Below, piece after piece: positions 56,504 to 64,000 of a stretch of 64,000 nucleotides of DNA (its first letter is position 1; the number at the start of each line of letters is the position of its first letter). Below the pieces are notes generated by a model. That model ran no database searches. It was not told the origin of the DNA and was given only the letters and a program-made list of their open reading frames with translations. Source of the stretch: an uncultured Thermodesulfatator sp. Lineage in GTDB: Bacteria > Desulfobacterota > Dissulfuribacteria > Dissulfuribacterales > QOAL01. The stretch is from the NCBI GenBank assembly GCA_964581255.1, contig CAZOMT010000010.1, positions 176,156 to 240,155 of the forward strand, given 5' to 3'. The position numbers were made by a program, and so were the translations under genes.

Positions 56504-58303
56504 TTATGAGGTGCCCTCTTGCCGCTGCCAGTCTGGCCTGAGATATAACTCCGCAAGTTGTGCCATGCTTACTTCGGCAGGGGCGTGGGTCATAAGGCAT
56601 TGGGCCTTTTGGGTCTTTGGAAAGGCTATTACATCCCTAATGGTGTCTCTTCCTGCCATTAGCATGACCAGCCTGTCAAGGCCAAAGGCAATACCTCCGT
56701 GAGGTGGCGCACCAAGGGTGAGGGCCTCCAAAAGAAAGCCAAATTTTTCTTCAGCCTCCTTATCATCAATATTCAGGGCCTTGAAGACCCGCTTCTGCAC
56801 TGCCTCCTGATGGATACGGATACTGCCTCCTCCTATTTCTATTCCATTTAGCACAAGATCATAGGCTCGGGAGCGTACCTTGGCTGGATCGGTTTCAAGA
56901 AGATCCAAATCCTCTTTGCTAGGCGCCGTAAAGGGATGATGCAGGGCCTTGAAGCGTCCTTCGTCCTCATCGAACTCAAGAAGTGGAAAGTGTGTTACCC
57001 AGACGAAATTAAAACCCCTTTCAGGGATGAGGTTACGCCTTCTTGCAAGCTCTAACCTCAGCTCGCCAAGCACCCTGTATACTGTATTTAAGGTGTCTGC
57101 ACCGAAAAAGAGTATGTCTCCAGGAACAGCGCCAAGCCTTTCCTTGATGGCCTCTTGCTCTCGAGCTTTAAAAAATTTCGCTATGGGAGATTGCCAACTG
57201 CCGTCTTCCTTTATCTTTACCCATGCAAGGCCCTTGGCACCAAAAGACTGGGCGAATTCTGTCAGAACGTCCAGGTCTTTCCTGGAAAGATCTGCCATGC
57301 CTTTTCCGTTAATGGCCTTGACTACTCCACCAGTGTCCACAATGGTATTGAACACCTTTAGACCACAACCAGCTGCTATATCTGTAATGTCTACAAGCTC
57401 AAGATCAAACCTCGTATCAGGTCTGTCTGTGCCAAACCTTTCCATGGCCTCCTGATAGGTGAGCCTTGCAAATGGTGGCTTAAGCTCCACTCCAAGGGCC
57501 TCTGAAAAGATATGCTTCATGAGTCCTTCTATAAGGCCCATGATGTCTTCTTCGTTTATAAACGACATCTCCATGTCGAGCTGAGTAAACTCAGGTTGCC
57601 TGTCAGCCCTCAAGTCCTCGTCCCTGAAACAGCGAACTATCTGATAGTATCTTTCCATGCCAGCAATCATCAGTATCTGCTTAAAAAGCTGTGGCGACTG
57701 TGGAAGCGCGTAAAATCTTCCAGGGTTCACCCTGCTTGGCACCAAATAATCCCTGGCGCCTTCGGGAGTGCTTCTGGTGAGCATGGGGGTTTCTATCTCC
57801 AAAAAATCCTGCTGATTCAGATACTGCCTCATAGCCTGGCAAACCTGATGCCTCAAAGCGAGGTTTGCCACCATGTGTGCCTTTCTAAGATCAATATAAC
57901 GGTATCTTAGGCGTACACTCTCTGAAACCTCTTTTTCCTCGTCCAGGGGAAAGGGAGGAGTCTTGGAGGTGTTCAAGATCCGAAGTTCTTGGCAGGCAAC
58001 TTCCACCATGCCTGTTTTTATTTTGGGATTTTCCATGCCCTCAGGACGCCTTCTCACCTTGCCCCGTACGGCTATTACGTACTCGCTCCTCAAGGAATGG
58101 GCCTTTTCGTGGGCTCCTGCATCCACCTCTGGGGCGAAAACCACCTGGGTGATGCCCTTTCTATCTCTCAAATCGACGAATATCAGCCCGCCATGATCAC
58201 GCCTGCGATGCACCCAACCCATGAGAACCACTTCGGTCTCAAGGCTCTGTTCGGTAATGCTATAACAGTCATGGGTGCGTTTCAGCCCTCCCATTGATTC
58301 CAT
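56504..58303 (-). CDS. aspS: Aspartate--tRNA ligase
   Basis: GWVHRRRDHGGLIFVDLRD, FRDEDLRADRQPEFTQLD and GGIAFGLDR. Start taken at MESMGGLKRTH (58303), with an AGGAG RBS inside the hisS 3' end. Confidence 0.9.
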   Translation of the reverse strand: MESMGGLKRTHDCYSITEQSLETEVVLMGWVHRRRDHGGLIFVDLRDRKGITQVVFAPEVDAGAHEKAHSLRSEYVIAVRGKVRRRPEGMENPKIKTGMVEVACQELRILNTSKTPPFPLDEEKEVSESVRLRYRYIDLRKAHMVANLALRHQVCQAMRQYLNQQDFLEIETPMLTRSTPEGARDYLVPSRVNPGRFYALPQSPQLFKQILMIAGMERYYQIVRCFRDEDLRADRQPEFTQLDMEMSFINEEDIMGLIEGLMKHIFSEALGVELKPPFARLTYQEAMERFGTDRPDTRFDLELVDITDIAAGCGLKVFNTIVDTGGVVKAINGKGMADLSRKDLDVLTEFAQSFGAKGLAWVKIKEDGSWQSPIAKFFKAREQEAIKERLGAVPGDILFFGADTLNTVYRVLGELRLELARRRNLIPERGFNFVWVTHFPLLEFDEDEGRFKALHHPFTAPSKEDLDLLETDPAKVRSRAYDLVLNGIEIGGGSIRIHQEAVQKRVFKALNIDDKEAEEKFGFLLEALTLGAPPHGGIAFGLDRLVMLMAGRDTIRDVIAFPKTQKAQCLMTHAPAEVSMAQLAELYLRPDWQRQEGTS

Positions 58304-58307
58304 AATC

Positions 58308-59588
58308 TTATTCTCCTGGTTTCTGGTTCCTAATTTTTTCAATGAGCACTTCTGGAAGATCGTCGAGATCTATCTCTTCCTGCTTCTTGGTATTCATGTC
58401 CCTGAAGATGGCTGCCTCGTTTTCAAGCTCTTGCTCGCCAATTATAAGGCAGTAGCGGGCATTGGCCTTGTCTGCCTGTTTCATTTGTGCCTTGAGGCTC
58501 TTGTCTTCAAAGGAAAATTCTACACTTATTCCCTGGCGTCTCAGATAACCTATCCAGTAGTAAGCCTCGTCCCTGGCGTCCCTGCCAAGGGCAGCTATGA
58601 AAAGGTCTATGGCCTTTTCTGGCACGGATTCCTCCATGAGAAGAACAAGACGCTCCACACCCACTGCCATGCCCACGCCTGGCAAATCTGGCCCTCCCAT
58701 CAGTTTAACGAGTCCGTCATAGCGGCCACCTGCTGCAACAGTGCTCTGGGCGCCAAGCCTTTTCGAGGTTATCTCAAAGGTTGTCCTGACGTAATAATCG
58801 AGCCCCCTCACCAAATAGGGATTTTGCACAAAGGGCACTCCATATGCCTCGAGTATGTCGAGAACAAGCCCTAGATGGCCTGCACAATCAGGGCACAGAT
58901 AATGTTTCATCACAGGCGCCAGCATGAGATTGCGCCTGCATTCTTCGTTCTTGCAATCGAAGATCCTCAGGGGATTGACCTTCATCCTGCGCTGACAATC
59001 TTCACAAAGGTCTTCCTTGTTGTTTTCCAGATAGACCTTTAGATCTGCCCTGTGAAGTGGACGGCACTTTTCACAGCCCAGGGAGTTCATCTCCACCAGC
59101 AGGTCTTCAGAACCTGCAATACTGGTTACTATCTCCCAGGCAAGCCATACAATTTCTGCATCTGCTGCAGGTTCCTGCGAGCCTATATATTCCACGTTTA
59201 TCTGGTGAAATTGTCTAAGCCTGCCCTTCTGGGGTCTTTCGTGTCGGAACATGGGCCCCATGGTGAAAAGCTTAAGAAGAGGGCTTTTCCCGTACAGCTT
59301 ATGCTCTACTACGGCCCTTACGATCCCAGCGGTTGCCTCAGGACGGAGTGTGAGGGATTCCCCATTCCTGTCCTGAAAAGTGTACATCTCCTTTTCGACT
59401 ATATCTGTATGCTCGCCTATCCCGCGTTTAAATACCTCTGTCTTTTCGAGTACAGGTGTCCTGATCTCCTTAAGCCCACACCTACCGAAAACCTGCCTTG
59501 CCGTATCCTCTATCCTCACCCTGGCAGGAGCTTCACTTGGAAGTATGTCTTTGAACCCTCTGACTGCCTTAATAGCCACAGATTTCAC
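58308..59588 (-). CDS. hisS: Histidine--tRNA ligase
   Basis: VRGFKDILP, FRHERPQKGRLRQFHQ and GGRYDGL. The likely GTG start is at 59588 or 59579 (GAGGTG RBS), not the track's ATG at 59681. Confidence 0.9.
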   Translation of the reverse strand: MKSVAIKAVRGFKDILPSEAPARVRIEDTARQVFGRCGLKEIRTPVLEKTEVFKRGIGEHTDIVEKEMYTFQDRNGESLTLRPEATAGIVRAVVEHKLYGKSPLLKLFTMGPMFRHERPQKGRLRQFHQINVEYIGSQEPAADAEIVWLAWEIVTSIAGSEDLLVEMNSLGCEKCRPLHRADLKVYLENNKEDLCEDCQRRMKVNPLRIFDCKNEECRRNLMLAPVMKHYLCPDCAGHLGLVLDILEAYGVPFVQNPYLVRGLDYYVRTTFEITSKRLGAQSTVAAGGRYDGLVKLMGGPDLPGVGMAVGVERLVLLMEESVPEKAIDLFIAALGRDARDEAYYWIGYLRRQGISVEFSFEDKSLKAQMKQADKANARYCLIIGEQELENEAAIFRDMNTKKQEEIDLDDLPEVLIEKIRNQKPGE

Positions 59589-59941
59589 CTCAAATCCCGT
59601 TTCCGTTTTGGTAAAAGAATCAAAAAATTCCCCACAGGCCCTTTGCAACTGTCTATCGACCCTGGAGCGTATTGTGCACACACTTGTCCAGGCTGCGCCA
59701 CTAACCTAAATTGTCTGGGGATTGTAACGATTTATAGCGTTTCGTGGGCAGGGCTGCAGGCAATAAACATCTATGATATAAAAACAATTTCATATTTAAT
59801 TCAACATTTGCCCAAATTCAAGTTTTCAGGCAAAATTATTGCCTCCATCCCATCTATATTCTAACCTATGCCGGTTATGTCCTCCTGCGGAAAATACATC
59901 AAACCCATGCACTGTTTTGCCTGCTGGAGCCCCATATCCCC

Positions 59942-61444
59942 ATGAAAGCCAGAGCAAAATGCATAATGTTTCAGGGCACGGGCTCAGGCGTTGGAAAAAG
60001 CATTATTTGTGCAGCCTTTTGCCGGATTCTAAAAAGAAGGGGCATAAAAGTTGCGCCATTCAAGGCCCAAAACATGGCGCTAAATTCCTTTGTGACACCA
60101 GACGGCCGTGAGATGGGACGAGCCCAGGTATTTCAGGCAGAAGCATGTGGGCTTTTGCCAGATGTGCGCATGAATCCAGTACTCCTGAAGCCCTCTAACG
60201 ATGCCAAGAGCCAGGTCATCCTCATGGGCAATCCCCATGAACATATGGCCGCTTCAGATTATTACGAAAGGTCCAGAAAACATTGGCAGGTGGTGAAAAA
60301 GGCATTTGAAAGCCTTGCTGCAGAGTATGATGTGCTGGTACTCGAAGGCGCAGGAAGCCCAGCAGAGATCAACCTTCAGGAAACGGACATAGTCAACATG
60401 AAGATGGCTGCTTATGCCAAGGCATCTGTTGTGATAGTCGCAGACATAGACAGAGGCGGAGTATTTGCCGCCCTTAAAGGCACCTTTGATCTCGTGCACC
60501 CGGAACACAGGGAACTAATAAAGGGCTTTCTCATCAATAAGTTCAGAGGAGATGTTAGGCTTCTGGAACCTGGCATCGCGATGTTCTCTACCATAGTTCC
60601 AGTTCCAGTATTAGGTGTGCTTCCTTGGTTTTCAGACATACACGTAGACGAAGAAGATGGGGTATTTGTTGAGAATCTCAACAGCAAGGGCAGGACTGAA
60701 GCCAAACTTCTGATATCTGTGGTGAGACTACCAAGGATAAGTAACTTCACAGACTTCTCACCCCTTTCCTTCGAGCCAGACGTTTGTCTCAAGCTCGTTG
60801 AAGAGCCTGAAGAGGCTGATGGAAGCCACATGATAATTATCCCAGGCACCAAGGCCACCGTGCATGACCTTCACTTTCTGAAGGAAAGAGGCTGGCAGGA
60901 ATCACTCGAAGGATTTGTAGGGCAGGGAGGCTTTCTAATGGGCATTTGCGGGGGATATCAAATCCTTGGAGAAGAAATAGTAGACGACTTTGGCACCGAT
61001 GGGACAGCCGGTTCCTACAAAGGCCTTGGTTTTTTGCCCGTGGTTACGCGCATGGCACGGGAAAAGACCCTGAAACAGGTTCATCTCACACTTTCTAACC
61101 CGATGCTTTCTGAAAAAGACCTTGAAATAAAGGGCTACGAAATCCATATGGGCCAGACCAAGTCCGTTGATGGACATGGAGGGCTTGGCAAGGGCCTTGG
61201 GCCACAAGTAGGCTATTTCGATGCCAAAAGGTCCATAATGGGTACGTATATTCATGGTATCTTTGAAAATGACCAATTCAGGACTGCCATCTTGAATCTA
61301 ATCAGAAAGAGACAAGACATGGCTGAACATGCCCATTGCTACAATTACAGACGGTTTAGAACTGCTCAGTTCGATCATCTCGCAGACTGGCTAGAACGCT
61401 CCAGCAGTATTGAACAGCTCTTGAGTTTGGTAGATGGCGGTTGA
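59942..61444 (+). CDS. cobQ: Cobyric acid synthase
   Basis: IMFQGTGSGVGKS, C-terminal glutamine amidotransferase GICGGYQILG...YIHGIF. Confidence 0.9.
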   Translation: MKARAKCIMFQGTGSGVGKSIICAAFCRILKRRGIKVAPFKAQNMALNSFVTPDGREMGRAQVFQAEACGLLPDVRMNPVLLKPSNDAKSQVILMGNPHEHMAASDYYERSRKHWQVVKKAFESLAAEYDVLVLEGAGSPAEINLQETDIVNMKMAAYAKASVVIVADIDRGGVFAALKGTFDLVHPEHRELIKGFLINKFRGDVRLLEPGIAMFSTIVPVPVLGVLPWFSDIHVDEEDGVFVENLNSKGRTEAKLLISVVRLPRISNFTDFSPLSFEPDVCLKLVEEPEEADGSHMIIIPGTKATVHDLHFLKERGWQESLEGFVGQGGFLMGICGGYQILGEEIVDDFGTDGTAGSYKGLGFLPVVTRMAREKTLKQVHLTLSNPMLSEKDLEIKGYEIHMGQTKSVDGHGGLGKGLGPQVGYFDAKRSIMGTYIHGIFENDQFRTAILNLIRKRQDMAEHAHCYNYRRFRTAQFDHLADWLERSSSIEQLLSLVDGG

Positions 61445-62435
61445 ACTATCATCTATCCCGCACCTTTTTTTTCTGAGCTCGAATGGAGCACTGTGCCTGT
61501 TAATAGGGGTGCTACTTGACCTTTTGCTTGGTGACCGTGAAAATCTTCCTCATCTGGTAAGATTCATGGGGGCAACGATAAATTGGGCAGAAAAACAGAC
61601 CAGGGCGCTGCTTCTGCCCGAGTTTGTCGCAGGGTCTGCCATGACCATATTTTTGATAGGCGCAACCTATGTGTCGTCGGATCTTTTCTTTACCCTGGCT
61701 AAAAGCACGTGGTTGCCTGCCTATATAGCCCTTGGAGCAGTGGCTATCTATTTCAGCGTAAGTCTCAAATGCCTTGGAGATGAGGCGCAAAAGGTCTTAG
61801 AGGCTCTCGAAGCCAAGGACTTGCCACTTGCCAGAAAAAGGATAGCCATGCTTGTAAGCAGGGATACAGCCAAAATGACAGAAGAAGATATAACAAAGGC
61901 TGCGGTAGAAACAGTGGCTGAAAACCTGGTGGACGGCATAATATCTCCCTTTTTTTATGCCGCCCTTGGAGGGCCTCCATTGTGTCTTTGTTTCAAGATG
62001 ATCAGTACACTGGATTCCATGATAGGCTACAAGAATAAAAAATATCTCTTTTTTGGAAGGCTTGCCGCTCGAATAGACGATGTAGCCAATTTTATTCCTG
62101 CAAGGCTTTCGGTTCCGATAATTGCAGCATGTGCCCCATTGACAGGCATGCCTCCCACAAGGATCTTTTCTTGCGCCCTCAGGCATGGATGGCGCCACGA
62201 AAGTCCAAATTCAGGTTACCCAGAATCGGCCTTCGCAGCGGCACTCGATATCAAGCTTGGCGGCAGGGTTTCTTATTTTGGAGAGACAAAGGAAAGCCCC
62301 ATTATCAATGGGCAAGGTGAAGCTCCATCTGCAATCCACATAAAAAAGGCGGTTTTGTTGCTTTATGCCAGCAGCTTGTTATTCTTTTCCATTTTTCTTG
62401 TTCCTGGCCTCATTAATGCGCTCTTATTAAGATAA
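61434..62435 (+). CDS. cbiB: Adenosylcobinamide-phosphate synthase CbiB/CobD
   Basis: Polytopic protein with GDRENLPHLVRFMG and ESPNSGYPESAFAAAL motifs. Overlaps the cobQ stop by 11 nt. Confidence 0.85.
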   Translation: MAVELSSIPHLFFLSSNGALCLLIGVLLDLLLGDRENLPHLVRFMGATINWAEKQTRALLLPEFVAGSAMTIFLIGATYVSSDLFFTLAKSTWLPAYIALGAVAIYFSVSLKCLGDEAQKVLEALEAKDLPLARKRIAMLVSRDTAKMTEEDITKAAVETVAENLVDGIISPFFYAALGGPPLCLCFKMISTLDSMIGYKNKKYLFFGRLAARIDDVANFIPARLSVPIIAACAPLTGMPPTRIFSCALRHGWRHESPNSGYPESAFAAALDIKLGGRVSYFGETKESPIINGQGEAPSAIHIKKAVLLLYASSLLFFSIFLVPGLINALLLR

Positions 62436-62481
62436 AAAACCATCAAGACATTTAAGATACATTTGTTATATTCAAAAGGTC

Positions 62482-63144
62482 ATGGCCAAAAAGAAACGAA
62501 TTAAGTCCAAAAGAGGAAATGCCCTGTCAGTAAAGCGCCTTTCCTTTCCTGAAGAAGCATCAATCTCCTGGTTGCCCATGTTGCTTGACGCCTATTTTAT
62601 AGCAGACAAGGGCATTGCATCCGCTATTCAAAAACGCATTCTGCACGGTGAGAAGCTGGCCTGTGCCAAGGGCTGCTCCACATGCTGTTCCACCCACGTC
62701 ACCATACCAGTCTATCCCTTGGAAGTGGTTGGGATATATTGGTATGTGATAGAAAAGATGGTTGGTCCTGAACGAGATGTGCTCAAGAAGCAGCTGGCCC
62801 AATTCCAAAAGGGCAAACCCTGCCCTTTCCTCATAGGCGGTGCCTGCTCCATCCATCCAATGAGGCCGCTTGCATGCAGACATTTCAATGTCTTTAACCG
62901 TCCATGCCAGCCTGGAGAAGACCCCTACTACACAAGGAGGCAGGATGTCTTGACCCCTGATGAGAAATTCAAAAACAGGGCTATCGCCGCCATGTTGCCC
63001 TTTCATGGCATCAGGGACCGTGCAAAAAGAAAACTGGCAGCGAGATCAGGCTATCTAAACAACCAAGTTCAAAACCTCCATGAAATAGATTGGCAGAACC
63101 TCGCCATGAGAATGGAAGGTGCAAGGCCTCCACTAAGGGCCTGA
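62482..63144 (+). CDS. YkgJ-family (CxxCxxCC) cysteine-cluster protein
   Basis: CAKGCSTCCS motif plus later CPFL...GACSIHPMRPLACRHF. Confidence 0.65.
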   Translation: MAKKKRIKSKRGNALSVKRLSFPEEASISWLPMLLDAYFIADKGIASAIQKRILHGEKLACAKGCSTCCSTHVTIPVYPLEVVGIYWYVIEKMVGPERDVLKKQLAQFQKGKPCPFLIGGACSIHPMRPLACRHFNVFNRPCQPGEDPYYTRRQDVLTPDEKFKNRAIAAMLPFHGIRDRAKRKLAARSGYLNNQVQNLHEIDWQNLAMRMEGARPPLRA

Positions 63145-63164
63145 CTTCAATCCCTTAGACAGCC

Positions 63165-63292
63165 TTCCTTCAAACCTTGAAGCCATGCATACTCTCCCCT
63201 TCAGGCCAAATTGAATGGCGCAAAAACGATGTGGACGTGGCAGAGACCTCCTGTCATTCGATGGGAGCATATCTCACTCAGGTACTCTTTTG
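63165..63292 (+). repeat. Copy 2 of the three-block conserved intergenic element (partner at 50881-51053)
   Basis: Same three blocks in the same order and orientation, with a shorter spacer between blocks 2 and 3. Confidence 0.5.
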
Positions 63293-63305
63293 ATGAAGGA
63301 ACCCC

Positions 63306-63536
63306 TTAATTCTTATGGGCAAGTGGTTCGATGTGGAAATATTTATTCAGGATGATTGCCATGGGACAGTACCCTGTAAAGGCAAATATAATCATATTGA
63401 ACCCTGCAAGCATTGGCAGGGCAAACCAATAAGGGTTAACAAGGATTCCAAGGGTGATACCACCAAGAACCACGATTCCTGCGATTAGCCAAATAATCCT
63501 TTCCAGGTACCATCTATGTGTCGGTGCTCGATACAT
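63306..63536 (-). CDS. DUF2892-like small two-TM membrane protein (YgaP C-terminal-like)
   Basis: 76 aa. ERIIWLIAGIVVLGGITLG...MLAGFNMIIFAFTGYCPM. Confidence 0.6.
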   Translation of the reverse strand: MYRAPTHRWYLERIIWLIAGIVVLGGITLGILVNPYWFALPMLAGFNMIIFAFTGYCPMAIILNKYFHIEPLAHKN

Positions 63537-63729
63537 CTTTTATCTCCATTAAATCTCTTTCAAATTAGGCCCAATCAAAGGGCTATCTTGTAGCTCCTTC
63601 TTGTAAGATCATATTTTGAAGCCATCCTATATGAAAATTCGTGATTATTGAAGAATCTGCCCAAAAATCACATGTTACTTCAATCAGTTTTAAGACCAAG
63701 GAGCACGTAAGAGGATCTGCCTTCCTCTC

Positions 63730-63761
63730 AAAAAAAAGGCTGCACTAAAAAAAGTGCAGCC
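63730..63761 (-). terminator. Rho-independent terminator of the carbonic anhydrase gene
   Basis: GGCTGCAC-8 nt-GTGCAGCC stem with an A8 run on the plus side, which is a T-run after the stem on the minus strand. Lies about 30 nt after the stop. Confidence 0.6.
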
Positions 63762-63792
63762 CTTTGATTAATTGATGGATTTATCAGTTTTT

Positions 63793-64000
63793 TTATTTCA
63801 GTACCATCCTGGCATTAAGTGGCTGTACCGGGCGATTGTTTGGGCCTTTCATGGCCTTTAAAAGCTTATCAGCCTGCTCTTGTGATACAGTGGGAGTTTC
63901 TTTCATGACTATCCATACCACACCTTCGCTGCATGGTGGGGTGGTCAGAGAGCCATTGAACCTGTAATAATCATGACTTGCCGGTAAAAGGCCAGCTGCG
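63793..64000 (-). CDS. Alpha-carbonic anhydrase, C-terminal fragment (gene continues beyond the window)
   Basis: My translation of the minus strand gives ...SHDYYRFNGSLTTPPCSEGVVWIVMKETPTVSQEQ...NNRPVQPLNARMVLK*, the conserved alpha-CA C-terminal signature. This ORF is not in the supplied track. Confidence 0.8.
   Translation of the reverse strand, partial: AAGLLPASHDYYRFNGSLTTPPCSEGVVWIVMKETPTVSQEQADKLLKAMKGPNNRPVQPLNARMVLK

Noticed and set aside
59700-59941. Possible cobalamin riboswitch upstream of cobQ-cbiB.
   Set aside because: I could not find the B12-box or the conserved GGTGAAAATCC / GCCACTG-type core. Only loose fragments are present (CTGCGGAAAATAC, GCACTG). An Rfam scan would be needed to exclude a divergent variant.

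Overview
The window is about 90% coding and looks like a chromosomal segment from a Desulfobacterota/deltaproteobacterium-like organism. That guess is an inference from gene content: many sigma-54 parts, an LL-DAP aminotransferase lysine pathway, an amphi-Trp protein, a Cys-rich 'two-CW'-type kinase tail and a probable TGA-selenocysteine gene. Every family call below comes from reading motifs in the supplied translations; no database search was possible.

Layout:
- 1-9.1 kb: chemotaxis operon (cheY-cheB-cheR-cheA hybrid-cheW, a DnaJ-like gene, and a Cache/CZB chemoreceptor).
- 9.1-26.9 kb: housekeeping genes (aroB, thioredoxin, HD hydrolase, holA, proC, two Fur paralogs, trmL, folK, dapL-FAH-dapB-dapA, RNase G, dtd, adk).
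- 27.0-28.9 kb: TRAP transporter dctQM.
- 29.3-41.7 kb: accessory-looking block.
- 41.8-64 kb: dctP, SH3-anchor protein, yacG, MBL hydrolase, hrpA, motAB, PilZ, DUF342, a radical SAM gene, an HMGL-family synthase fused to a Cache-like domain, aspS, hisS, cobQ-cbiB, a YkgJ-type Cys-cluster protein, DUF2892 and a 3' fragment of an alpha-carbonic anhydrase.

I saw no rRNA, tRNA, CRISPR array, transposase or integrase.

The most interesting region is 29.3-39.8 kb. A three-gene operon with a sigma-54-type promoter encodes a papain-fold cysteine peptidase with a prodomain-like N-terminus, a free-standing paralog of that prodomain, and a complete orthocaspase. It sits divergent from an operon encoding a GAF-type sigma-54 activator, a CHASE2 nucleotide cyclase, a 1111-aa FecR-TPR-beta-barrel outer-membrane protein and a 78-aa protein with a Cys/Trp-rich tail. 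I read this as a candidate envelope-signal to cNMP to sigma-54 to dual-protease circuit that I cannot match to any characterised system.

Other points worth a second look:
- An in-frame TGA with downstream hairpins in a secreted, catalytically degenerate 5'-nucleotidase-like gene (selenoprotein candidate, or a pseudogene).
- A Fur-FeoA fusion beside a second Fur.
- A three-block intergenic element present twice (50.9 kb and 63.2 kb) with conserved pairing potential.
- A metabolic synthase fused to a Cache-like sensor domain.
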